Source: a virus
IMG/VR virus record: IMGVR_UViG_3300050821_004383
Coordinates: 34,516 to 98,515 of that record
Length of the DNA: 64,000 nt
Reading direction: 5' to 3' (one strand)
A program made the translations under genes and the position numbers. Shown here in pieces: positions 8,730 to 17,978 of this stretch (positions are counted from its first letter, which is position 1; each line of letters opens with the position of its first letter). The notes below the pieces were generated by a model. The model did not search any database. It saw only the letters and a list, made by a program, of their open reading frames with translations, and was not told where the DNA came from.

Positions 8730-9329
8730 TTGAACATGGAGGACACGCAAATGCTCAAAGGGCAAGCAATCTGCAAGGACTGCGGCAACGGAACTTTGAA
8801 CAACGAATTGCTGGAACGGTTCGCTGTAGACGAGGTTAACGGAGTTTATTGCGTTCAGTGCGGTGGAAACCACATCGACGGCGAGTTGTACGAAGGGGGT
8901 GAGTAATGTTCACCATATACCATAACGCAACGCGCGGCGGATTGTACAGCATCGCGCTCCTCTTGCACGAGGATGGCACGTACTGCATCCAAGAATACAA
9001 GCGCACGAATTTGCAAGGTGTCGCGTGGCTCGGACAGAAGAGTGCCGTTGACGCGGTCACCGAGTATAACAAGCGAATCGATGATTCCGCGAAGTACGAT
9101 GGCATCTTCTACACCAAGGACTTGAAACCAATCCTGGACGGCGGGGTACTCTAATGACACGCGGCGAACGTTACCAAGTACGCGCTAAAATTTCAATACT
9201 GTACCGGGAAGCGAACCTCTTCGAGGACCGTGCCAGCGAAGAAGGCCGCGTAAAGGCCCAGGCGCTGCGCCACGAGGCTAACGCGTTGAACGACGGACTC
9301 AAGGCAACGATGATGAAAGTGAGGTCACT

Positions 9330-9716
9330 GTGAACACTATCGAAAACGCACCCGTACTCGACCTGGACAAGGTTCTGTATTTTAGCAGAGGCTTGAAGCC
9401 CTCACCCCGGACAATCCGGGAGCGCCGGGTAGTGTGGAACCTTTTCAAACACCTCCTAGCCGATGGCTGGCATATTGCATCCGTCTACGACGGCGACGAT
9501 TACGTGAAGGTCACGGACCCGAAGTCGGCATTAGAGATTATCTTCAACCTGGATGACACGACCGTTTCTTTCGTGAAAGCGGGAGCACAAAGGCACGGCG
9601 TCAAGCTGGTGCTGGGTAATGACCTGGATGTTATCAGTGACTGGTATTTCAGCGCTGGCGACCCGGACGGTTTCAGCGCAACGATGGACAAATTCGACGC
9701 GGAGGTGTGCGCATGA
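9330..9716 (+). CDS. hypothetical early protein
   Basis: GAGG RBS; acidic; LVLGNDLDVISDW motif. Confidence 0.6.
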   Translation: MNTIENAPVLDLDKVLYFSRGLKPSPRTIRERRVVWNLFKHLLADGWHIASVYDGDDYVKVTDPKSALEIIFNLDDTTVSFVKAGAQRHGVKLVLGNDLDVISDWYFSAGDPDGFSATMDKFDAEVCA

Positions 9717-10718
9717 ACGAATCAACACTCAGTCCTTTTCAAGCAGTAACCATTCGCCACAAGATTCGCGGCGCATACGAGGAGCGCATCAACGAACTAA
9801 AGGCGATTCGAGCGCGTCACGTCGAGAGACTTATCGACGGCGGGTCAGACTTAACCCGCGTCAACCTTCTACGCACGCTGATTCGAGATATCGACACCCA
9901 AGTTAAAAACCACGAGCAGATGCGGGTCGTGATTCTCGCGGAAATCGAGGTGCCAGAGTGAAGATTCGCATCTGGCTCCTAGCGACCGCGTTGTCCGCCG
10001 TCTTGCTCTACCTGACGCTGGACGGAGTTAGCAGACTCATTGCGGCAATCTACCACGTACGGAAGCCACTACACGCTGTACCGCTGGTAACCGGGAGGGC
10101 GAAATGATTGGATGGATACTACTCGGTGCCCTGGTCTTGTGGGCCAGTCGCATCGTTCAAGCGTTGTACATCGTGAGGAGGGCAGGCCGTGAGAACAACG
10201 AGAGCATTTGAGATATTGAAAGCAATCAAAGCACACTTCGATGAAGGCGCGGATTGCGTGTACCGCGACGGGCTGATTCTTTCAGACGAGAGTACGTTGC
10301 ACGAAGCGATAAAGGACTGCCTACAAGAGGAAGAAACTATCCCCTGGATACCGCGCAGGTTGCGCAAAAAGATAGGCAAGAACTATTACGGGGATTGGAA
10401 CGGCTTCGAGGGCAAGACGAAGGTCAAGGAGTTCGGCAAGGACCAGGAGGCAGCACACAAGTGGCTGCACGAAAATGATTAGCACCAACATTCAGTTAAT
10501 CGACAAGGCAGTATTTGCTCGCCGCGCAGCACGCAAGAACGCGGCGAAGCCTGGGGCTACTCAAAAGATTGAAGACAAGCGCCGAAAGGCACCGAAGCAC
10601 CGCAAGCCTTTGAAGGAGGAGTAATGGTCAACGTGCTACAAGGTGTTGCAATGGCGGCTGGTCTTATAGGACTCTGGCTCTGTTTGATGTACGAGCCAAA
10701 GAATGAAAGGAAAAACAA

Positions 10719-11147
10719 ATGAAAAAGTCAGAACTAGAAGTCGGTCAGAAAGTTTTCGTCCCCGCGAGCCTCAACGATTATTGGACAGGTGAGGGCATCG
10801 TGGAAAGAGTCAGCGAGAATCACGATATCGCCATCGTTTCGATGAAGACAGGCAAACAGGTTGGAATCTCAGGCGGTTTCGCTGTCTCCAAATTGCAGCC
10901 AGCGACAGGGATGCAAATTGTGAGTTTGAAGCGCAGCACTCACCGAACCGGGTTGAAAGTTTACGGCAAGGTCCTCGGTGAGTCTGGCAAGGAGTACAAC
11001 GTCGCGTACTTCCGCCGTCCGAACTTTCGCGGGTGGATTTGCTCTTGCGAGAATTTCTTCTTCACGATGTTCGCGAAGAAGCGCAACTGCAAGCACCTCC
11101 GTTTCGTTCGCGGACAAGTCGGTCGGTTCGCAGCGTCCGTAAAATAG
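10719..11147 (+). CDS. SWIM zinc-finger protein
   Basis: WICSCENFFF ... RNCKHL (CxC...CxH). Confidence 0.75.
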   Translation: MKKSELEVGQKVFVPASLNDYWTGEGIVERVSENHDIAIVSMKTGKQVGISGGFAVSKLQPATGMQIVSLKRSTHRTGLKVYGKVLGESGKEYNVAYFRRPNFRGWICSCENFFFTMFAKKRNCKHLRFVRGQVGRFAASVK

Positions 11148-11189
11148 TACCAAAGTACTATTGACGGAAAAACAGAACGGGTGTAGTAT
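11145..11189 (+). promoter_or_regulatory. GTAC-box promoter in front of a non-coding region
   Basis: TAGTACCAAAGTACTA then TTGACG (11161)-17-TAGTAT (11184). Confidence 0.7.
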
Positions 11190-11196
11190 TCTTTCA

Positions 11197-11417
11197 GAGT
11201 CGGACACCTTAACCGAGGTGCAATAAGTGGCCCTCGGACGTTGCTAGAAGCACCTTAGAAAAGTAGGATGGCGCAGCAGGCCAGTAATGCCGAGAGGCAA
11301 TCCTACACGGGCGCAACGGTTGGATGCGGAGGCCGCAGGGAGGTTCATCACCTCACCTCGACGCCTTACCGGGTAGGCTGATAACCCCCGGTGGTTCGAA
11401 TCCCGCCCGACTCACCC
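11197..11417 (+). ncRNA. about 220-nt structured RNA with tRNA-like acceptor stem and T-arm
   Basis: 5' GAGTCGG pairs with 3' CCGACTC, followed by ACCC and a T-run; GGTTCGAATCC T-loop at 11393; many internal hairpins; start matches the predicted +1. Confidence 0.7.
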
Positions 11418-11675
11418 TTTTTGGACGCGTGAGTGTACCGCGTCAAGCGAGACGGCTGCAAGCGCCTGCCCGTAGGTCGAAACGGGTACCTTCCCCTCCT
11501 TCGGTCGGGAAGGGTACACGGCTTGCACGCGTATGGCGACTATATCGAAAGTCGTATCCTTCGAGAAGCGTCGCTCGAAGGATTATTAGACGCCGTGCAC
11601 CGGGTGCCACGTTAAACAATGCGATGCGCTAGGCCAGCGCAAGGCGAGCACCCGGACTAAATTAGAGGAGGCACC

Positions 11676-11801
11676 ATGTGGGACCTGCAAACTCTGAACC
11701 GATTGAACGCGGAAGTGGAAGCGAAACAAAAGCAGGAAGCGAGCGAAGGGGAGTTGGAGTTTGAAGAGGCTCGCAGGTTGGATACGCGTAACAAAGATTA
11801 A
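11676..11801 (+). CDS. 41-aa acidic helical peptide (not in ORF track)
   Basis: GAGGAGG RBS; MWDLQTLNRLNAEVEAKQKQEASEGELEFEEARRLDTRNKD. Confidence 0.6.
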   Translation: MWDLQTLNRLNAEVEAKQKQEASEGELEFEEARRLDTRNKD

Positions 11802-11820
11802 GCTGGGAGCGACGTTGCTT

Positions 11821-11976
11821 CTAGCAGTACAGGGCGGCAATTCTGGCGTCCGGGTGAACACCGCAGCGGCGGGAGCCGAAGAGCGGAACCGGGGAGCGTC
11901 GGTCGGCGGTAGCACCCTAGGGCGAAACCAAAGTCTAACCCAAAGTCTAACCCAAAGTCTAACCCTGTACTGCTAG
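11821..11976 (+). ncRNA. structured element closed by a 14-bp perfect stem and containing 3 x 12-nt tandem repeats
   Basis: CTAGCAGTACAGGG / CCCTGTACTGCTAG; (CCAAAGTCTAAC)x3 at 11928-11963; internal CGGC-GGGA-GCCG GNRA hairpin. Confidence 0.5.
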
Positions 11977-12209
11977 GCGCATCGGAGCATCAGGCATCAC
12001 TCCTGACGGAACCGGAAGGAACTTAAAAATGTCAGGGCAGTCCTTCATGACTGGTGCGCCACTAGTTGTACGAAAACGTGTCGAATTGCGGAATTGTACG
12101 GGAGAATACAAGTGCTCGGACTGTGGATTATCATCGCAGCAGTTTTTGGACTGGTCGCGATTTTCGTGATTGACCTCGGTAGAGTAGACAAAATATCTAG
12201 GAGAAAAAG

Positions 12210-12794
12210 ATGAGCAATAAAAAAGTACCAGAAGGTTTTCATAAGCATACGAACGGCGGCGGTACTGTTCAGGACACCGCTCACGTAGAAGAATCAGTTT
12301 ACGTTGGGCCAGACGCGCGGGTGTTCGGCGACGCGCGGGTGTCCGGCAACGCGCGGGTGTCCGACAACGCGTGGGTGTTCGGCGACGCGCGGGTGTCCGG
12401 CAACGCGTGGGTGTTCGGCGACGCGCGGGTGTCCGGCGACGCGTGGGTGTTCGGCGACGCGCGGGTGTCCGACAACGCGCGGGTGTTCGGCGACGCGCGG
12501 GTGTCCGGCAACGCGTGGGTGTTCGGCGACGCGCGGGTGTCCGGCAACGCGTGGGTGTTCGGCGACGCGCGGGTGTCCGGCGACGCGTGGGTGTTCTCAC
12601 CACTTTACATTCAAGGACCACGCCACGCTCTTACAAATTGCAAATACGGCTACATACAAATTGGTTGCCATTGCAATACTTTCGCATACTGGCAGAAGCA
12701 TTACAAAGCAATCGGGCGAGCCGAAGGCTACACGGAGGAAGAAATCGAACAATACGGTCTCTTCATTCAAATGTTCGCAAAGATAGGGAAATAA
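12210..12794 (+). CDS. hexapeptide-repeat (left-handed beta-helix) protein
   Basis: About 16 near-identical 18-bp units encoding (D/N)A(R/W)V(F/S)(G/D); typical IQIGC C-terminal cap. Confidence 0.85.
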   Translation: MSNKKVPEGFHKHTNGGGTVQDTAHVEESVYVGPDARVFGDARVSGNARVSDNAWVFGDARVSGNAWVFGDARVSGDAWVFGDARVSDNARVFGDARVSGNAWVFGDARVSGNAWVFGDARVSGDAWVFSPLYIQGPRHALTNCKYGYIQIGCHCNTFAYWQKHYKAIGRAEGYTEEEIEQYGLFIQMFAKIGK

Positions 12795-13550
12795 TGAGCG
12801 ACACACAAGGCTACGAGGACGTTAAGTGCCAAGTGAGAGTCAGCAGACAGTGCGAGGGCGGAAACGCGGGCTATCAGCGTACGAAGCAATTCGCACGTGT
12901 CGGTCCCTGGCTTGACGCATGTGAACCTTGTGCCCGCACCGAGTACGAGCAACCCACACAGTTTCAAAAAGAGGAGGACCCTGAACAAGGGTTTTGATAT
13001 GAGCAAAACATACAGAGACCAACCGCGCAGCAAACACTCAGACGAGACGCCTCAGAAGGCGATTGACCGTCTGCGCAAAGCAGAGGCTCGGGAAGATATT
13101 CGAGAGGCCCTAGCAGCCTCCCAGGAGGCAACAAATGCAGGCAAGTGACCACTGGCCGACCCCGTCCGCGCACCGCGAGTATTGGGAGCACCGCCACAAC
13201 GCATACATCTACGAGTATGACCCAACAGATGATGGACAAGAATGGTTTACTCTTCGCATCATTCTCGCGACTCATGACCCGGAAGAACTGGAAGTGGAGC
13301 GCCAAGAAACAATGGAGCGCCGCTGCGGTCGCATCAAATCGAGGTACTACGTATGACGTTCATCCTTCTTCCATATGGTAGCGGTGGATTTTCAATCGAG
13401 CGAACGTTAGCGCGATGGTTCCCTCCCGCGTTAACACCTCTGGACCTGGACTCTCACAAGCAATCCCTCGCGTATCAATATCGAATTTCACGCAAGGGCG
13501 AGGACCGAAACCCGACGATGATTGCTGGCGTGCAGATTGTTCGATAAACA

Positions 13551-14003
13551 ATGAGGCATTTTCTTGCTCCTTATGTGAAAGAGCAAGCAAAAGAAAAGGC
13601 GCGAGCAAAGCGCTTAATGGACAACTACAAGCTGACGGTGGAACAGTATGACGCCATCCTTGCGTACCAGGGTGGCGTTTGCTACGTGTGCCAGTGTCCG
13701 GAACCTGTAAAGGGCCGTCGATTGTCTGTGGACCACGACCACGACACCGGGGAGATTCGCGGACTCGCCTGCTCTCGCTGCAATCCACTTCTAGGCAAGA
13801 TAGAGAACGCGTTTAAACGTTACGGACTCGGAAAGGTCCCAGGCTTAACAGTGGCGATTGTAGTGTGCCGACTGTATCGATATCTGGCAAGACCGCCAGC
13901 CCGCATTGCGTTAGGCGGGACACACATCGGTTACCCTGGACGAACCGGAACGAAGGCGCACCGCGCTCGGCTACGTAAAGAGAAGAAAACAAAGGCCACA
14001 TAA
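13551..14003 (+). CDS. endonuclease VII family (recombination/resolvase) nuclease
   Basis: YQGGVCYVC ... LSVDHDHDTGEIRGLACSRCN signature. Confidence 0.9.
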   Translation: MRHFLAPYVKEQAKEKARAKRLMDNYKLTVEQYDAILAYQGGVCYVCQCPEPVKGRRLSVDHDHDTGEIRGLACSRCNPLLGKIENAFKRYGLGKVPGLTVAIVVCRLYRYLARPPARIALGGTHIGYPGRTGTKAHRARLRKEKKTKAT

Positions 14004-14038
14004 ATCATGAGGCATTTCAGCGCTTCTTTCGAAGGGAA

Positions 14039-14131
14039 GGACGAGCTAATTCTCTTAAAGGTAACGGCACTGCTGAGGAATTGAGACGAGTCGCAGAATA
14101 CGCAGAACAATGCGGAGGCCAAAACGTATGA
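14039..14131 (+). pseudogene. C-terminal remnant of an HNH-type endonuclease
   Basis: Start-less frame GRANSLKGNGTAEELRRVAEY ending in an ATGA overlap with the next gene. Confidence 0.5.
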
Positions 14132-14868
14132 ATTTACCCATCGTGACTAATGCCGAAAACGTCGTGAAGAAAGACCTGTCCTGGATTACACATCACCTCA
14201 TTTTAGTGGGCGTGCTGGTCGCAGTTTTGTTTCTCGGTATCTGGGAAGTCCAATCCCTTATCGAGAAACACGACGAGAAGAAAGCACAGCAAGCGAACAC
14301 CGCGCTGCAAGTGGTTGTTGACCAAGTAAAGAGATTGGAAGAACACCAAGCACAGAACGACGTAGCCATCGCGCAGCGCGAGGCCGCTCGTGATGCCCTC
14401 GACAAAGCACTTATCGCAACTATCAACGCTCGCGACAAAGCGCTCACCGACCAAATTCAAAAGAACGCCACACTCACAGCACAGCAAGCCGCTGCGCGAC
14501 TCTCGGAGCAATATAAGGCACAGCCGGGAGAAGTTACAGCAAGTGGCGACACCGTTATAGCGGACCTCCCTCTCGCTCGCTCCTTCGTAAACACGTTTGA
14601 CCAACTCAACGTCTGCACCGCTAATTATGTTGATGAACAAAAGCAACTGGCTGCGGAGCAAGCGCGTACCGCTGACTTGAAGACCCAGGTGTCCGACCGC
14701 GACAAAACCATCACAGGAAAGAACGAAGAACTCGTTAAGCAAAAAGCAAAGGACGACGAGGGCAAGAAGGTCGCTGTTGACAAAGAGAAGAAGAAGCACA
14801 AGTGGTACGCACTAGGCGGCATCATCATCATCGAAGCAGTTCGATTTTATCTTACGGGGAAACCATGA
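14128..14868 (+). CDS. membrane-anchored coiled-coil protein (spanin-like)
   Basis: N-terminal TM, long coiled coil, C-terminal hydrophobic segment. Confidence 0.55.
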   Translation: MNLPIVTNAENVVKKDLSWITHHLILVGVLVAVLFLGIWEVQSLIEKHDEKKAQQANTALQVVVDQVKRLEEHQAQNDVAIAQREAARDALDKALIATINARDKALTDQIQKNATLTAQQAAARLSEQYKAQPGEVTASGDTVIADLPLARSFVNTFDQLNVCTANYVDEQKQLAAEQARTADLKTQVSDRDKTITGKNEELVKQKAKDDEGKKVAVDKEKKKHKWYALGGIIIIEAVRFYLTGKP

Positions 14869-16523
14869 ACGTACCGAAGCGCGATAGAAAATCAGTTGAA
14901 GAAGTCTCCGCTGTTTACGAAGCGACAGGTGGAAACATTCGCCAGACTGCGAAGAAGTTAGGCATCAGTCGCTCCTCGGTGCGCCGTATTTTGGAAGGCA
15001 CCGGGATAATGAAGAAGCCGTTAGTCGGCGGCACCAAGGGCGGCACAGAGACGCAGGTTCGACCTCTGCCCAAGAAGGGTGAAGTCAACCGCTACATTCT
15101 TACTTCCGCGCAGAATAATACACATGTTCACGCGGAACTGCTAGCGAACCTGAAAGCACTAGCGAACCACTACGGCGCTGCAATCATTGTGGGCACGTAC
15201 ACATACAATCAGAATCATTACGGTAAGCTGAGCGTAAAGCGCGGCAAAGATAAACCGGAAGAGACTCAGTTGTGGTACGACCCGGCCATCGTAGATTACA
15301 TCAAGGATTATCGTATTGAACTCGGTAAGGGTCTCGTGTGGTGCGGCGAATACAACGCGCTGCCGACGAACGTGAACCCGCTGGCCGGACTCGAATCGTA
15401 CACCGGACGCCAAAGCGCTATCTTCCCTCACGCCAAGCTGGCGATGCGCAGCATTGCAACGATGCAAAACGAGGGCGTGAAGCTGAACTACACCACAGGC
15501 ACCGTCACTCAGCGCAACTACATCCAGAAGCGCGAGGGTGTGATTGCAGAGTTTCATCACATCTATGGCGCACTGCTCGTGGAAGTGAACAGTGAAGGCA
15601 ATTGGTGGGTCCGCCAGTTGAACCAGGACGAGGGCACCGGGACGCTGCAAGATTTGAGCGTGCTCGTTAAGAACGGCAAGGTTATCGCAGAGGACGCTGG
15701 GGTAGAAGCTATCACATACGGCGACCTGCACGGTGTCTTTGCGGACCCGGATGTAATCAACGCGTCGCTGGACATGCGTTTTCACCTCGCGCCGAAGTAT
15801 CAGTTCTTGCACGACGTGATGGAAGGCGCGGCAGTCAATCCGCACCAACGCAAGTACCAGACGAACCACGAGAAGTTTCACACGTGGCTGCGCGGCTATC
15901 ACAAGCTGGACAACGAACTGGTGGACACCGCCAAGCTGTTGGAGCGCTTCGATGTCAACACGACTAAGACGGTCATTGTGGATTCGAATCACGACGACGC
16001 GTGGTTGAAGAAGTGGCTGCGCGAGTACGATTATCGTAAGGACCCTCCGAACACCGAGGTCTTTTTGAAGCTGCAAGCGTATCTGTATGGGCAGATTCGC
16101 AACGGAGTTACCGACGAGCAGTCTCGCGCACGCACCGCGAACCCGAAGATGGTACGCGACATCAACGTGCTTGAGTATGCTCTTCGAGAAGTCGGCGGCT
16201 ACAAGGCTAAGGCGAAGTTTCTCCTAGCCGACGAGTCATTCCTTACGTGCGGCAAGAAGATTGAGAACGGCATGCACGGTCACCTGGGGCCAGCCGGACG
16301 TTTCGGGACCCCGGAGAACTTGTCCAAGATGGCACGCAAGGCCAACACCGCGCACACGCACAGCACCGGAATCTGGAATGGACTTTACGTCGCGGGAACG
16401 AGTAGCAAGCTGCGCTGGGATTACACCAAGGGACCCAGCAACTGGACACACTCACATATAGTGACGTATCCGAACGGCAAGCGCACGATTGTGACAATCT
16501 ACAACGGCGCGTGGAGAGCATAA
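14865..16523 (+). CDS. T5 A1-like metallophosphoesterase-fold nuclease with N-terminal HTH
   Basis: YILTSAQNNT, GDLH, SNHD, GMHGHLGP, AHTHS and GPSNWTHSHIVTYPNGKR motifs; HTH NIRQTAKKLGISRSSVRR. Confidence 0.8.
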   Translation: MNVPKRDRKSVEEVSAVYEATGGNIRQTAKKLGISRSSVRRILEGTGIMKKPLVGGTKGGTETQVRPLPKKGEVNRYILTSAQNNTHVHAELLANLKALANHYGAAIIVGTYTYNQNHYGKLSVKRGKDKPEETQLWYDPAIVDYIKDYRIELGKGLVWCGEYNALPTNVNPLAGLESYTGRQSAIFPHAKLAMRSIATMQNEGVKLNYTTGTVTQRNYIQKREGVIAEFHHIYGALLVEVNSEGNWWVRQLNQDEGTGTLQDLSVLVKNGKVIAEDAGVEAITYGDLHGVFADPDVINASLDMRFHLAPKYQFLHDVMEGAAVNPHQRKYQTNHEKFHTWLRGYHKLDNELVDTAKLLERFDVNTTKTVIVDSNHDDAWLKKWLREYDYRKDPPNTEVFLKLQAYLYGQIRNGVTDEQSRARTANPKMVRDINVLEYALREVGGYKAKAKFLLADESFLTCGKKIENGMHGHLGPAGRFGTPENLSKMARKANTAHTHSTGIWNGLYVAGTSSKLRWDYTKGPSNWTHSHIVTYPNGKRTIVTIYNGAWRA

Positions 16524-16746
16524 TGCCCGGAAGAAAACGAGAAGAACCGAAGCACAACTCCGCAGAGCGCACTGAACGCCGCGCGAAGCAGGGACCGAAG
16601 AAGGTTCTCTACATCAACGGTAAACTCGCCTGCCAGCGCTGTTCCAACGGCTGGGTGGTGGTTGACCTTAATTCGGAGCACAAGGTCGTGAAGTGTCCGA
16701 TATGCAGTTTTCCGAATGATATTCGAGAGGCTATCAAGAGGGCAGC

Positions 16747-17415
16747 ATGATGCAGTTAATCCTAGGTATCGGTCACAAGTCTCGCCACGGCAAAGATTCT
16801 TTTGCCTCAGCGATTGAGAACCACTACGCGACTCAGTATTACGCCGCGCAGAAGCATGGACTGAGCAGTTATCGCCCCGTGATAGTTCAACGTCACGCGT
16901 TCGCTGACGCGCTGTATCACGAGGTCAACGAGTGGCTAAGAATTAATCCGGAGTGGGCCAAAGACGGAAAGGGGCCAACTAGTTTACCGTCTTGGGTAAC
17001 CCCTGACCCTAATCCGGAAGTCAGCGTTCGCGCACCGTACGGCAAGCACGCGAAGTTGTTGCAGTGGTGGGGCACCGAGTACCGCCGCTCTCAAGACCCT
17101 CTGTATTGGGTGAAGAAGTGGAAGTCCGGAATCAATCCGAAGGCGCAGGTTGTGATGGCAACCGATATGCGCTTCCTCAACGAAGCAGAAGCAGTCCTCG
17201 ACTTGAAGGGATTCACAATCGACGTGAGCCGCTTGAATCCAAACGGCACCAACTTCATCGATGGGAGCCGCGACCCGCTGCACGTCTCGGAGACTCAGTT
17301 AGATGACTACAATTTCGATTATCGCATCAAAGTGAAAACCGGGGACCTCGTCTTGCTAGAAGAGTGGGCGATTACGTTGGTTCACTATCTGCGAGCGTTG
17401 AAAGGACACAAGTGA
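16747..17415 (+). CDS. deoxynucleoside monophosphate kinase
   Basis: GHKSRHGKDS P-loop variant, FADAL, LLQWWGTEYRR, TDMRFLNE, HVSETQLD. Confidence 0.85.
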   Translation: MMQLILGIGHKSRHGKDSFASAIENHYATQYYAAQKHGLSSYRPVIVQRHAFADALYHEVNEWLRINPEWAKDGKGPTSLPSWVTPDPNPEVSVRAPYGKHAKLLQWWGTEYRRSQDPLYWVKKWKSGINPKAQVVMATDMRFLNEAEAVLDLKGFTIDVSRLNPNGTNFIDGSRDPLHVSETQLDDYNFDYRIKVKTGDLVLLEEWAITLVHYLRALKGHK

Positions 17416-17975
17416 AAAAATCAAAAGAATCGAATGCATCAATCGAGACGTTTACAGGAAAGCTGTTCGATATTCGAAATCCGAAGCCAGAGATGGTTTG
17501 TATCGAGGATATTGCTCACTCGCTTTCCGGTCTTCCTCGATTCACGATGCATTGCAAATTCCCTTATCCGGTAGCACAGCACTTGCGCATCGGGAGTTTC
17601 TTCATCCCAGATGAATTTGCATTCGATTACTTTTGCCACGACTTCGCGGAAGCATACCTAAACGACATGAGCCGCCCCTTGAAACACTTCACGATGGTAG
17701 GCCGGGAGTACAGGAAGATAGAACGACGCGTACAAGCCGTGGTCGCAGAAGTCATTGGATTCCACAAAAAAGAGCCGAAGATTGTGAAACTGTACGATAC
17801 CCGGATGCTTTATACGGAAAAGGCGCAGTTGATGCACAGCGGCAACTTTCATCACGAGTGGACGAACAGAAAAGAAGGAAGAGAGCCGCTTCCGGTGACT
17901 CTTGAGTACGCGGATTTTTGGACTCAAAAAAGGTTGTTCATGGAACGATTCAATCAATTAAGGAGAAATAAATAA
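17412..17975 (+). CDS. HD-domain nucleotidase (YfbR/YfdR-like)
   Basis: IEDIAHSLS..RF ... VAQH ... HDFAEAYLNDM..PLK. Confidence 0.85.
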   Translation: MKKSKESNASIETFTGKLFDIRNPKPEMVCIEDIAHSLSGLPRFTMHCKFPYPVAQHLRIGSFFIPDEFAFDYFCHDFAEAYLNDMSRPLKHFTMVGREYRKIERRVQAVVAEVIGFHKKEPKIVKLYDTRMLYTEKAQLMHSGNFHHEWTNRKEGREPLPVTLEYADFWTQKRLFMERFNQLRRNK

Positions 17976-17978
17976 ATA

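Noticed and set aside
11197-11417. Canonical tRNA, tmRNA or intron-containing tRNA
   Set aside because: No GG-containing D-loop or anticodon arm, no G3-U70 alanine identity or evident tag ORF, and no recognisable group I core; kept as a tRNA-like ncRNA.
11928-11965. Telomerase-, retron- or DRT-like template RNA (the repeat contains CTAACCC)
   Set aside because: No reverse transcriptase is recognisable in the window and a 7-nt match is easily chance; this could only be revisited if an RT lies in the unseen genome part.
12312-12597. Diversity-generating retroelement TR/VR pair
   Set aside because: The variation is within one tandem array, is not adenine-specific, and there is no RT.
11959-12997. 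Long alternative-frame ORFs over the hexapeptide gene (11959..12621, 12304..12786, 12371..12997)
   Set aside because: They stay open only because the 18-bp repeat has no stop codons in those frames; they lack RBSs and are low-complexity.
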